From contig MU057036.1 of the NCBI GenBank assembly GCA_013239625.1, forward strand, positions 11,252,715 through 11,316,714: a stretch of 64,000 nt of DNA, given 5' to 3'. This stretch comes from Lama guanicoe. Lineage: Eukaryota. This document shows positions 1 through 13,699 of the stretch, in pieces (the stretch's first letter is position 1; every line of letters begins with the position of its first letter). A program made the translations under genes and the position numbers. The notes under the pieces were generated by a model. It saw only the letters and a program-made list of their open reading frames with translations. It did not search any database and had not been told where the DNA came from.

Positions 1-1696
1 GGAACAGTGGCGGGGATGCTGATCACAGGCAGGGAAGGTCATAACCCTGGTAGGGTGTGGGCCACCCCAGAGGCCTCTTCGGTTTCCATGGGAGCAACAC
101 AGCTTGTGAAGACAGCCTTGCCACCCAGGTCTCACCTCTCTTCTTAGTCAGAGGATCTGCGTAGAGCCATCCACCACTCCCTGTTGCCATCTCAGCATCA
201 CTGCACAATTTCTTCTCCACGCCTCCTTTTTCATGGCTCTTTACTGAGCCAAAAGGAAGATGTGCTTGCTGTCCCCTGACCCACAGCGTGGCCGTCCCCC
301 AGGGCGTTCTCAGAGTTATCCTGAAATGTGAACATTTGAGAACCCCTGCCCTGGAGCTCCCCACCCCAACCCCAGTACCCGTTCAGCAGCCACTTCCAGC
401 TCTTAGCCACTGAGATAATTTCAGAAGCTTTTGGTGGCCCACACCCATTCATTTGCCCAGGAGAGAACAAGGCCACGTGTGTGCAGGGGGTGCTCACAGC
501 AGGGTAGTTGGCTGGGAGTTTCCACAAGAATAAAGTCCAAGTGTCCCCCTCACACAGAAGGAGCCCGGTGTCAGAGGCACAGATGGTTGGAGAGCTGAGC
601 ATTTTGCGATTCAGAAAGGGCCAACGAGCATCTTCGGAAATACTGGCTTGGGGTATCACAGGTCGTTGGAAGCGGTTTGTGACAGACCGTGGGGAAAAAA
701 GCCACTCTCGGTCGTCCTTTAGTCTTGTGATGTCAGATCCATTTCTTCTCATCTCCAAAGAGCCCTGGTACCTGCACGCTTGTTAGCCTTGCAGGGCTTT
801 TCTGTTCAAATACCATAAATAACATGCTTACACAAAAACACGTTACATAATACCTGGTTCTAGGGGTGGAAAGAAATTCTGCTTAGTTGATGTCTTCATT
901 CTCAAACAGGGGCTATTTGAACTACTGTTTACTTCCTACAGTGTCATTTTGAATAGCCATCTCCCCAGTCCCTAAATTATCACCCTGCTGTTAAGTTGAT
1001 GGATTGTGACTTTCTAATGTCAAAATAACTGCCTAGGAATTGCCTGTCAGAGTGCTGTGACCCATCCAGCCAGCATCCTGTGATGTATCTGCAAACCCTG
1101 CATCGTTGGCTTAATGTTTGGCCTGGCTATATTTTAAGAAGGGTTTATTGGTCAAGTGACAACGTGACCTCAAAGAGTGATATGTTTAACTGTGTGTCTT
1201 GTGTTGGGGGTGGTGGAGGCGGGGGCAGGGGGGGCTTCCTGTGATTTGCTTGACAGACCTTTATTACAAATTCGATCAACTCACACTTAAAAAGTTAACT
1301 CTTATTTGAGGGCGCGGGAGTCAGCATCCCTGAGACTTTTTTAAATGTAAACCCGTCATTCTAAGGGCTAATCAACCTCTGTTCCTGAAGAAGCCTTTCT
1401 TTAGGCAGAAGATAAACAAAATGACTATATTTAAATTTTGCCAAAATAGACAACTCAAAGGAGACTTTTAAAAAATAAGGTTGAAAATGCTTTAAAAATG
1501 GAGTTAAAATTAGAAAAATCAGAAGTGGTAAGGACAACCTTGTGATCACAGAGTTCTTGTAATCTGAAGACACGTTTTGTAAGGAAGCTCTTGATGACTT
1601 GGACTAATTGTGGAGAAGATCAGTCTGCATTAACGAAAGATTACAGTGGGGAGACTTTTCGAGAAAACATGTCTTTGACGTCTGGACAGTGATAAA

Positions 1697-2000
1697 CAGC
1701 CTTCGTATACCGTCTACCCTATCTTCCCAATCCCTTCTGAAAATTCTGAAATCCAGCCACAATGTTTTGAGTAGGTGACTTGGTGGCAGGACCTAGTGGG
1801 AGGCTATTTATAGCCTTTATGCCAAGGGTGAAGTTCATACATTATGTTGCAGAAATATCAACGTGCTTGATTATGAAGGCCCATTGGCGTGTTATATAAA
1901 GCACATCTTATGTACCGTATTATCATCCTGAAATAAAAAACAGTATGAATCCCAAAATATATCAAGCCCCAGGGGTCTCCCATACATACTGTGGACCTAC
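1697..2000. mobile_element. Old DNA-transposon remnant (possibly Tigger-class)
   Basis: Motifs AATCCCTT...AAATTCTGAAATCC and CCCCAGGGG...CTGTGGACCT resemble ancient MITE ends; highly degenerate. Confidence 0.4.
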
Positions 2001-4517
2001 GTTTATTCCCAGACTGCTAAATGCAATGCTGGGAACAAAGAAATCTTGAAGCTCCAGTGAAAGATCTTAAGAGTCTAGGGTATAAGAGTTATGAATCCCT
2101 ATGGAAAATTTCGGGAGACCAAGTGAGCAGCAGGTTTCTGAATCGTTGGAGATGTGGCAAGAATGAGTTGCCCACTGGGGGCTGCATCGTTAATAGGCCT
2201 GAGTTTGAGAGAAAAGGAGGAGGGGTGGGACAGGCGGACCAAGTCTGGCAGACCGAGTCTAGCTTACCCGTCCGAGAGATGGGTTAGCTTTGCTATAAGC
2301 AGGTAGAATTTGGAAACAGTGGTGGCCGTGCAGGAATGGGGAAACCAGGAAGGAGACAGCTGGTTTTAGTGACTAGGCCGAATATAATTTGTTGTTAGTA
2401 TAGAAATAAAAGCCTCAGCATCCTTAGAAATCTTCTCTTGGCTAATCTAAACGTCACCATTAAAATATGATTTCTATTCTTTATTTACTTAGCAAACCTC
2501 ATCTTGCCACAGATCATGCAAAGATAAACATCAGCCTCGAGAATGATTTCAAATTCCTTATTACTGGAGACTATAATTAGTGAGGTTTAATGAGTTCCAA
2601 TCCAAGAAGTCCCTTGCAAATGCTGAAAACCCACAGCATTAGTTCAACCGTATATATTGGTATATATTTATATACCGCTCTCAATGGGATAAACGTCTCT
2701 TCCAGACACCTTTGGAGTGAGACCCAGGGGCGGGGAGGGCACCACATGAGAGTAACACATAAGGCCTGGCAGCTCCAGGCCCCAGGGATCCAGGCAGTGG
2801 GTTGTGATTGTGTGTCAGGCCCTTGGAGGACGAAGCAAGCGGTGTGGGAGAGAGCAAAGTGGGGAGAGGTGGGCGCACTACGGATCGTGGAGAAATCGAG
2901 AATAGCACAGTTAACTAGGCATTTGCCTTGGGCAGATGGTAGCTGAGACACACAGCTGCCACCATCCCGGAGGAACAGAATAAACACAGGGCTTCACGGC
3001 GTCCTGGCTCGCCTTGTGGCCACTATTTCTAGACTGACTTGCCTGTGAACCACAGAATGCTCACGAGCCAACACCTAACATTTTTATTTGCTGCGAATGT
3101 CTTCGACAGAGGTAGCACCAGGAATCCTGAATAAAACAATGAGTTGAAAGCTGCTGTCACCTTCTGCTGGAGGGGTGTGCGGACAGAGTATCCTGAAAGC
3201 CGTGAACAGATTACTGAGAGCATCCTGGGTGGTGCCGGGGTGGATGGTGATTTTACAAGAGAAATCAAAGAGCTTTCCTATGACGGGGGAGACAGAAATT
3301 ACAGACCATGTATAATTTAATGTATTTGTCTAATTTATAGCCGTCTCATTTTGTAAAAGAGTCACACTCGTAGAAGGAAGATTCTGAGGTCAGGTGTTTT
3401 TCAGGGCATGGAGGAGGGCGGCTCTGTGGGAGGAGACCCATTACCTTTGTATCTGTGGCTATTGGTGTTTTCCCATCGTCTTCCCAGAGCAAAGGCTGTT
3501 AAGAGAAGGATTTACGTCTGGGCACTGCTTTTAAAAAATGTAGCGCTTCAGTTCTGTTTTATTATGATTTTGAAGTCACAGTATGTTTGCTCTGTATTAA
3601 GCCAAAAAAACAAAAACACAACCAGAGCGGGTGTGAAGGAAAATGTGGGTCTCCGTGGAATTCTCTTGCAGTGTTTGGAGTCACCGATGCTTCCGTTTGT
3701 TATTTCAGATGGAGCTTAGAGTTAGGCGGTATTAAACATCTCAGCAATTGTGTTTGTAAATCCCTACCCCCAGTATTTGCTAACTTCCCTTGAAACAAAA
3801 AGAAACTCTTTTTGTTATTATTTGTAACCTACAAACAAGAAGTAAAGAACACGGGCAAATCGTAGTTCTTTTCAAGACTTGATATGCCAGTCAGGTTTGA
3901 TGTTAAATAAAAAGGCTGGCTTGGAATGGTCTACCTTGTCCCCAGGCCAGTTCTTGATCCATTTTCCTCTCTCTGTTCTGCCGATCAATCTAATTGAAGT
4001 CATACCAGCTCATAGACTTTTCTGAAATCTAAATAAATGGTGCCTAGCATCAGAGTACCACCTGCAACTCACCCTTGGCCTGCCATGCTGCTGGCCAGCT
4101 GCGAAGGACCTCTCTCTAGCAGTGGGTTCAGAAGATGTGCATGTCACCTTTCTTCCTGTTAAGACTTGCCAACTCACATCTCAAGAGAGGGACGTACCAA
4201 GCTTTCCTGGATTCCAGCAAAGTGTTTTTCTCAATCCTTTTTCAAACACAGCAGATTCTTTTAAAATGCAGACTAAGTCATATAAACAGTAGAACGTTGG
4301 GTGTTGCTGGTGTGTGTCATGTTGTGGCTTAGGCTCCTTTTGGATTAACCACGTTCGTTCTGGACAGAGGAGGAAGGTAATCGTTATCCAGAACCTGCCA
4401 AGTGGTCAGGCCCGGGATCTGTGTCATCACATTTAATTTTGAAAACAAACCATGGAGACACAGGAATTATGCTCAATTTACAGATGGCTAAATGGAGATT
4501 CAGAGAGATTTAATACC

Positions 4518-4812
4518 TTTTTTCTAGTTTTACTGAGACATAATTGACATACAGCATTGTATTAGTTTCAAATGTACAGCCTAATGATTTGAGACATACA
4601 TGAATATATGGAAGTGATTACCACAGTAAATCTAGTTAACATCCATCACCTCACACAGTTACAAACGTTTGTTTCTTGTGACTGAGAACCTTTAAGGTCT
4701 ACTCTCTTGGCAACTTTAAAATATGCAATACAGTTTTGTTAACTGTAGTCACCATACTGTACATTACATCCCCCAGAACTTATTTATCTCATAACTGGAA
4801 GTCTGCATCTTT
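4518..4812 (-). mobile_element. L1 3' end fragment (L1MA-like)
   Basis: Typical L1 3'-UTR complement (TTTTACTGAGACATAATTGACATAC...AACATCCATCACCTCACA). Confidence 0.8.
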
Positions 4813-4826
4813 TGTGGAGAGATTTA

Positions 4827-5119
4827 CAGGCAGNNNNNNNNNNNNNNNNNNNNNNNNNNNNNNNNNNNNNNNNNNNNNNNNNNNNNNNNNNNNNNNNNNN
4901 NNNNNNNNNNNNNNNNNNNNNNNNNNNNNNNNNNNNNNNNNNNNNNNNNNNNNNNNNNNNNNNNNNNNNNNNNNNNNNNNNNNNNNNNNNNNNNNNNNNN
5001 NNNNNNNNNNNNNNNNNNNNNNNNNNNNNNNNNNNNNACAGCACATGATTGCCACAAACCTTCGATTTGTATTTAAAAAATGCAGTATCTGCGAAGTACA
5101 ATAAGGCGAGATATGCCTG
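4827..5119 (-). mobile_element. Short Tigger1-derived element spanning gap 4834-5037
   Basis: TA-CAGGCA...ATATGCCTG-TA termini; right end is the reverse complement of the Tigger end at 45925. Confidence 0.75.
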
Positions 5120-7872
5120 TAATAATTTGTTTAAAATCATCCAGTTGGTGGGTGGCAGCCCGGGAATTCAAACGTGGAGCTGCACAGTGCATTTTAGCTC
5201 TTTCTACCCCATTACGCTGCCTCTGAAGTCGGATGATGTGTCCCCAATAGTGAGCAAAGGAGCACATCTCTCCAGTGTACCCCTCGTTGGCATTTGAAAT
5301 ACTACTGGTGGATTACCCTCGTATAGTTAGGAATAAAAAACAGTCCTCTAAATAAGGTATTTCAAAGCAGTTACAGGACAGGGGTGGACTGGTTATTACT
5401 ATAATTCTAATTGTGTCCTCTTCCAATCCTTTTCTTTCTTCCTCTCATATTTTGCTATCTGGTAAATCATAGTCACTTGGAATGTTTCTTTCAGTTGGAA
5501 AAGTTAAAGAGACAGTTAATGTTTCTTTTCAACAATTTTTAATGGATTGTCTGAGCTAGAGAAATAGTTTCACGGAACTGGGTAAAATCCTCCTGGTTAA
5601 ATAAAACATGTAACGCTGAAGTGAGAGGTCTGGTCAGCAGTGCAAAAGAAAAAGTTCTCGACTGAGACTCAGTGGAATGCAGGTTTAGTCCTAGCCCAGT
5701 TTCCAGTAGAAAGAGAACAGAGAATCTTCAGGCTTCTTCCACCTTCCCTCTTTTTCAAAAGCTCTGCTACCTGAAATGTTATTGTAATTTCAGCTCAAGT
5801 GACTATCTTCTTTGTGGAGCCAAAACTATGTGCTGGTACGGGGGGAAATCAGTCTAGCCTACTAGAAATTCTACCACCCCACTAAAAGTTGGGGAAGGCA
5901 CAAGTCTTCAAACATAATTTTTCAAGGACTCAGCATTGGGAGTGGCAGGGACTGGGGAGGGGGCACAAAAAGGGCTTCTGGGAAGCAGGGATGGTATGTT
6001 TCTTGATCTGGCTGCTGGCTGAGTTACACACATGGGTAGTTTTGTGACAGTTCATCAAGCTGTGTACTTAATGACAATGTTTCTGTATCCATTAGGGCTA
6101 ATTGGCTTATTCCCAAATGGATGGGTCCAGATGCCACGTGGCCACCTCCAGGCCATCAATACGAGTGCCCCTTCGCTTTAGAGACTATGAAAGTCATGAT
6201 GATGATGGCAGTCTTTCCATCAGACAACTTTTAATTTATAGGAACACTTCCATTTGTAGTGCAAACATACTGCCCTGAACTGAATGACATGTCGGTGGAG
6301 CTATCTGGTTCCTGTTGTGTTTCAAATTGGGAGACTCTTCTGCATGGCTTGTAGCATTTCTCTGATGAACTTGCAGTAGATGAGCTGTGTCGTCTGTCCA
6401 GCCATTTACGAGAGGGAGAAGTTTTCATTATTCTTTTCTTCCTGATCCAGATAATGTTATTTGAAGCTAAAAATGATGTGTTCTCAACTAGCCCCATTGG
6501 TCCTTCACCAGCCTCGTTTGGTCTTAGCAGGTAGGTAGCTTCCAAAGGGGAGCTGTTGACTCCATTAAAAATTCTTTGCAGGGAAAGGTCTTGCTTTAAG
6601 CCCTGCCAGCTTTGTGTCCAGACTAGTCCTTCTCAAATATATAACTGATCAGGTCTCTGCAGACCAGCGGCTGTGGGCTCACACACCAAAGTGGCAGGCA
6701 TGCTTTTTTAAATTCTCCAAAAGGAGAAATTTCTACCCAGTTTAGGTGCCTCACCTGAGCTATCTATGGAAAGCCACAAAGACGGAGGGGGAAAAAAAAC
6801 TGTAGCTGTTTGGCCAAGCCCCTTTGTCTCTGCCCAGATGGCCCCAGGGTTGAGTCACTTGGTACTGAAGATAGTCATCAACGCTTTCATGTTTGTGCTT
6901 GGCGGGAAATGATACCATCCAAAAGCCCCTTTAAAAACCCGGACTGAGGACTCGGCTTCTCAGGTGCAGGTTACCCCTCCTGGGGCCGCAGCTGCTTTGG
7001 CCCCAGCCGGGCATCTTCCTGTCGGCAGAGTGTAAAATTTTCTGCACGCCCTTTATAAGGCCTCCGCCACGCCCATGGTATTGTTTTTACTTTTGCAAAG
7101 ACTACTGAGATGCCTGGAAAATGAATAGTGCTATAAAAGTTCAAATTCTTGAGTCTGTGTCATGGGCGATGGAGAGTATTTGTTGACACATTGCCACGTG
7201 GTGACCCTGGGTTCATTCTGGGCCTGGCTAATTCCATCTACAAGGCCTTTTCTCTATATACAATGCATTCCTCCATGCCTTTGCTATCAAAAATACATAT
7301 TCTCATTTCATGCAATTTCTTCTTTGTGCTCATTCCTTTTCAGGGCAGCAGCTGCCCTCTGGTCACCAGGGTGGAAAAAAAGAAAAGACATCCTGCTTGC
7401 AAACTAGAACATCTCCCTTTCAGATCCATTCCGTATTCCCATATGTAGGCCAAATGGGGACCTCTGCGTGGCGAGAGAGACACCCCACCCCTCGTCACAC
7501 CGCGGCCCTTTTTCAATGTAGTTGTTGGAACGACAGTCAGTCAGAGGCTGTTCCCCCCCATGCAGTGTGTTTCCTTTAGCAAAGTACTTATCATTTCTGT
7601 TCTCAGCTTGCCATCCAGAAAGGACGGGCAGGCTTTGCATTTGCTTCATGAGATCCTGGGTTCCCCGCATCCTCCGCTGGAGTTCGGTTGAGATGCCCCA
7701 CACAGGGGTCTGTCCAGTTCTCTAAAGTCAACAGGTCCCAAACTAAATGTCTCATTTCCCCCACCTCCCACTGTCTCCAGACTTCTCCCCAAATAATTAA
7801 AACTGATGAGAACCCTCTTCTCTACCTTTTTTTTCCGAGCTTAGTGAATAGCGGCACCATCGTGGCACAGAC

Positions 7873-8340
7873 CGTCAGGCTGGATGCCTTTTATTTGGGT
7901 TCCTCCAGAAGTCAATCCCGAGACAAAGATTTGTGCGAGTCTTTTTTTTTTTCCTTAGGAAGTGAGATCAGGAAACACTGGGAGAGGGACGGGGAAGCGA
8001 ACTGAGGAAAGGAAGGCAGCCAATAAAGCGTTCCTTATCAAACAGGTTGCCTACTGGACAAATGGAGAGCAGTGTCACTGGGGAGCTTTGAGAAGCAATG
8101 GAGGACACACATCTCAGGGTTCTCTGCCCACCGCGGTGAGAGCACTGGAGTACTAGCTGCTCCCGGGACAGTCAATTCCCCAGCACCCTAATCTTACCAA
8201 CCAGGTGGGCAAAGCGGGCTCCTGTGGCCAAAGAGAGCCCTTGGCAAATGTGTGCAGTTGCTGGCAGTGGGAAGGCAGGCACTGAAGTCATGGAGGCAAG
8301 CTAATGGTGAAGAGGGGAGGCGGGAAGGACAGTATTGGCT
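7873..8340. mobile_element. Old ERVL-type LTR (LTR16/LTR33-like)
   Basis: GGGTTCCTCCAGAAG...GAGACAAAGATTTG...GGAAGGCAGCCAATAAAG motifs. Confidence 0.55.
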
Positions 8341-8589
8341 GCATCTTCTTTGCTGTTATTTCTTCCTCACCCTCCACTTGCACCCAGTTCCCGTGCATTC
8401 CTACACTGATTCTCCCTCTTGCATCTCTTCCAGATGCATTTTATCCTTTTCATCCCAACTGCCAATATCCTTATTCAGTCTCCATCAGTGGGCCTCTGGG
8501 TGACAACCGTGGTCTCTGGCTGGTCTTCTGTCTCCAGCGTCACCCCTGCCAGTCCCTTCTTTCTATCCTGGAACCACGTTCTTTCTAGA

Positions 8590-8920
8590 AGGCAGATCTG
8601 ATCATCTCCTTCTCTGTCCTGCCAGCTTCCTATTTTCCTCGGGATAAAGTCTCATTCTGACTGCTGGCACCTGAAGTCTTCCCAGTCGGCTTTTTTTTTT
8701 TTTTAAGTCTCTGCATTCTTTGGAAATCATTCCCTTCCACTCCCAAACTGGACTAGATGTCACTTCCTTTGATCTCCTTGGATATTTAGAATGTCCTGTT
8801 TAAGCATCCACCTTCTCCCTTAGCAGTAAGCTCCTTGGTGGGCATCAGCTGACTCTTTGACCATTGTATCTCCCCGAAGCTGGCACCAAGTGTAGCTGCT
8901 CATCAATCTTGGATGAAAGT
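8590..8920 (+). mobile_element. L2 3' fragment
   Basis: TGATCAT...GTAAGCTCCTTG...TTGTATCTCC...CTGGCAC pattern. Confidence 0.55.
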
Positions 8921-11900
8921 ATATTGTTGAAAAGCTACGTGGTTTGTCAAACCAGTGTTACATGCTCTCAAGAGAGATCTGATGAAACTTTGATTGTGAC
9001 ACAGAGCGGTTCTTGATTGTAGATTAAAATGAATCCCTTTATAAATAAAGTGTGTGAGAAAGCTTTTTTCAAAAATAGTTGTTCTGTCTAGCTGATGTGA
9101 GTGACTGCCGGGACATAACCCTCTACTTAGAATTAAATGGTTAAGCTCAACAGGAGAAAAATTGCAGGGCTATTGTGTTCTCTCTTTCCACCTTAGATAG
9201 AGATCTAACTGCCACTAAAGAAACTCTAGAGCAGCTTTTCTGAGGGCAGAGAGTGGAAGATGGAAGACCAAGAAGACTAGATGGTTTGACGAAGGCTAAC
9301 ACTTGGGTTCCCGGGAAACTCCAATAACTGATTTTTGCGTGTACCAATAAAACTTCCCAGACATGAAATTCCCTGTTACTAGTCTCATATTAAAAAGCTT
9401 GGGATTGTTTCAAATAGAATTGTTTTCCCATCCGTGAGCCAACCGCTTTATCCAGTGAGCTCCTCTTTTCATGTAAATTATTTTATTGAGAGACATTTGT
9501 TATATTTTGATCCAAATAGGGCAAAAGTTGACATCGGAATCTCTCATCAGTACTAATGGGAAACTCTGTGTGAGGCAGATTTGAATTCAGGCCTGAAGCT
9601 CTGTGGAATTTGGGCAGCCCGTGAAAGGGACATACCTTTTTCTTCTTGCAAGATACTGAACAGTGATACCTGGCTTTCTCCTCTTGCTTGGGAATCATCC
9701 CACAGATTTTCTGACACTTCCTCAATTGTTTCTTACGCCTGAGGAGAGAAACAATTTTCTACAGCTGTCAGGCTGCACACCTCCCGAGTCCCCCTCGTTT
9801 CTCCTCACCTCTGCACGGAGCAGCTGAGCTGGATGTGCCCGCTGGCGCACAGCAGTTTCCTCCCTCAGCTGCCTGCTTTCTCCAGTGTTGCTGCACTCTG
9901 TCTCACCCCCACTGTTTCCTTCTCTTTTTCTGTTGTGAGCCATCATGGGGCTTACAGGAGGCAAGACTTAAATACTCTACTAATCACATAAATAAGAAAT
10001 GAGTTCTCTAAGTTACAGAGAATTACAGCACTCCCTGTTATTTTGTGAACTTGGACCCTGATGCGCCATTCTGAGAAGTCAGTCTCCAAATAGACTTGAG
10101 CAAGTAACACTAAGGTCTAGAGGGACAAGGGTATGCTTTCAGCATAAATATCTGAAAACAAATTAAATGTCCATAAGGTAGGGAACTGGTGAAATGAACC
10201 GTAGGACATTTGATGGAAAATGCCAGAGCGGTTAAAAAAAGGTGAAGGAGATCTTTGGGGATCTGTGTGAAAAGATGTCTTAAGATACATCATTAGATTT
10301 AAACAACAAAAAACTGGCTACTGACAACATAGGTGACATGATCCCATTTATATTTTTTAAAAAAGAGGTGGTGCGTTTTCTATACACATAGTATGCTTGT
10401 GTGTGCATAGATAACTTCTCCACAGATAAACTCCACAAATAGACTCTGAACAGTGACTCCCATGAGGAGTGAAAAGGGCTGGAACTGGGAGGAGAGGGGT
10501 AGTTAAGAGAGGGGTGTTCTTTCATTCTTCAGTTCATATCCTTTGTTCTGTTTTTGTTAATTAATTTACATTACTTTTATAATTTTTTAGATACCTGTGT
10601 GTTCAAATCACCTTTTTTTGGAATCTGTCATTTACTCATATGATGATTTGGAGTGCTAATGAACAATCTCTAAACTGAGTGAACTACTGAAAGTATTGAT
10701 AAAGCAATGATGCTTAGCCATCTTCCTTTGGTGAGTCCTCCCAGCGAGATGCCAGCGTTAAATGAGTGTTTCACACAGTTCATGAGAATGTAAATCAGGT
10801 TGTAAATCCTCATGAGCGGTAAGACCCCCTGGTTTGTAAAAATGCTTGCATTACTGGGGGAAAATCAGGGAGGACTGATGTAGAAATGTTAACTCAGTGT
10901 TATTAAGATTTCAAGTGACTTTCACTTATATTTTATGGACTTCAATTTTTACAGTAAGCATGCATTACTTTTATAATCAGAAACATCATTGGAACAAAGG
11001 TAAAACTATCTCGTATGTTCTGATAATGAATGCTTGACACCAGATCTCTCTAGAAGTTTTTCTCATGAGGATATGCCTGGAGCTTTGGACAAGGAGACCA
11101 ACTTCAGCAGAACTTATGTGTGTCCATAGAAAAAATGGCAGACCTACAAAAATGAATGGAGATATTCTCAGCTGGAAGAGATGAAAATTTTGGGGAAAAA
11201 AATCTTATAAGGGATGTTTGGAAAGTGAAACCTATCTTAACATATCAAAATACTTCAGATTAAGGGATGCTGTTCTCATATCTTGCACTCATTGGCACCT
11301 GCTGCTTTCACGATTTCCTCATCTTCTGTTACATGCGCTTACGTGCACCCTTGGGTACCTTCCTTCTATCCAGGGCTTTCCAGTCAAAATGACTCATCCA
11401 TCTGCGGAATCTAGTTTCTCTGCTGTAAGTATCCAGGAATGAGTCACTCAGATCAGTTGCTTTTCTTTCAACTTGAATGGAATTAGGTTCAGGGACGTTC
11501 AATTGAAAGACTCAGAAATGGGTGGGTCCCAGAAACGGCAGTGGTGAGGTTATCAGGGAAGTCAGCTGTCTTATAGGAATGGGAAACAGGATGGAGAATC
11601 AGGTAGCCCAGAGGAGAATGACTTATTATAAAGAACAAAGTCCAAGCTCTAGCTGCCAGTCTTTGCCAGAGTGTGGAGGCAGGAATAAATTACGGATTTT
11701 AGGTAACCATTTTGTCTTAAAGACGAGATGACTCATACAAATTACTTTTTTTGCTCACTAATTTTGTATGTACTGTGTAGGTACTTGCCAAAAGCAAAGC
11801 AGGGGAAAATTTTACTCAGGGGGAAAAAAAATGCGTACTCTTGCAAATGCTTTTAACATGTAGGCATGCTTTCGGTATGTGAAAATTCTTTTTGACGCTA

Positions 11901-13006
11901 TTTTTGGCCAAATTGTTTTTCATTTTTATGAAAAATGTTAATTTTTAAAGCACTCCGGTCTATCTCCCAACTGTTACTTTTATCACTCGAAAATGTGGTA
12001 TTTTAAAAATACCATCACTGGTGTCATGCTAAGACTTGCCTTGGATTACAAGCCTTTCATAGTCATTAATTTTTTTAAGGCATTTGGACATGAAAAAGAA
12101 ATAAAATGAAAGTTCACCAAAATGTTCATAGCAGTCGTCTTTGGGTGGTGATGGGGAGTGTGGTTATGGTTCTTGGATTTTTTTTCTCACTTGTCTTTGT
12201 TCTTCTAGTTTTCTATAATGAGCATGGAACACTTATGAAGGAAAAAATCAAATTTATTAGAGGGAGTAAAGGTGTTAAGGGAGAAAGATAAGATTCGTGA
12301 TGCTTTGAGTTGCACTGTAGTAATTCTCATGGTCACACACAAGATGGGTCTTTGTCCAAGGCTCCCAAACATCTTGTGTTACAGTGAACAGATATTAGCA
12401 GAGTCGTATCCTGGAAGTTAGGTATCCTGGAAGTTATTAACAAAGAGCTGAGAAATACTCATATGAAATATACATATGCCATGGTCTTTTAAGTACGTTA
12501 TTTCAGTTTGACAACTTACTAAGCTCACTTGAGGAGCAGCTGAAGTTTAAGGATGGTTCCTTATTTTTAATCTTACAAAGGAGATTCATGAATTAAATGT
12601 ATATTGGAGCACCCGCTATTGGAGAGAAGTGCGCACCATCTTATTTAACTGTGCTGTTGAGAATAGTGTTTAATGGAACAGCGCTTTGTACTGTTGCGTT
12701 GCACTGTTGGTCTCATAAATATCATTCACCTAGGTATGATTAATAATATCATCGCTGCTGCTGAATATTTTCAGTAGCTTTATCAAGAGGTGTAATGAGC
12801 GTTCACATTTTTGTTGCATCTATTTAGTTTCCTAACAGAAGAAGTCAATGAGAAAAATGATCTTAGTGGCTACCAACAGATTCACTGACTTGCCCCTTAA
12901 ATTACCTTCATTCTTCTCCATCAGCGTCAGAGGATACTGAGATGTCGTGAAATGGGGATTAAATATAAAAGAATCTGAATAGCATTAAGTATTTGATGAG
13001 CAGTTT

Positions 13007-13647
13007 TGTTGCCGGTAGATGAAACCGGTGTTCCAGGTTCTTGCTCCGTCCCAGAAAGAATTCAGAGACAAGATGTGGAGATTAAGAAAGTAAAGTGAGG
13101 ATTTATTAAGGGAGGGATAGTACACTCTCAGGGGAGAGCGGGCAGGCTCAGGTGAGCAGCAGCCCTGAGTTTTTTTGGCAAGTTGGTTACGTAGGGTGTA
13201 AAAATGAATGGGCAGAATATTCATCGGGGCGGGAAGGGCTTGGGGTCATGTTCCCTGATTTCCATCCCAACTCCACCTTCCTGAAGGGAGGAGGGATTTT
13301 TGTCCTTATTTAGTCTGGATCCGAAGTGTCATAGTGTCACTGCATGATGGGTACTTCTAATCAGCAAGGCTAATTTTATTGTAATGAGGGCACAATGAGC
13401 AAAAGGACACTGGAGATTCCTGCCTTTTCTGACCTTTGTGGGCCTCCAGACCGCTCATCACCCATAAGGTGTGACCACTTATCAGCCCAGAGGTTCCTGT
13501 TTTCTTCCTCTGCCCAGGGGCCCTTGGTGCTCACATGATGTATGGTTTCCTGCATTTGGCCTGTGTCTCTCCTTTTTGCCCAATGTCTACCATTTGGTCT
13601 GTGTCCTCTGTTCTCTGCTCATATCTAGCTATCTGCCTGCGCTAACA
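13007..13647 (-). mobile_element. Solo LTR, ERV1-like (641 bp)
   Basis: TGTT...AACA termini; 4-bp flanks GTTT/GTAT; AATAAA on the minus strand at 13102-13107, about 95 nt from the end. Confidence 0.75.
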
Positions 13648-13699
13648 GTATGAGACACTATTATGAGGTGTAGGTACCCCTGGGTAAAAAGAAAGTCCA

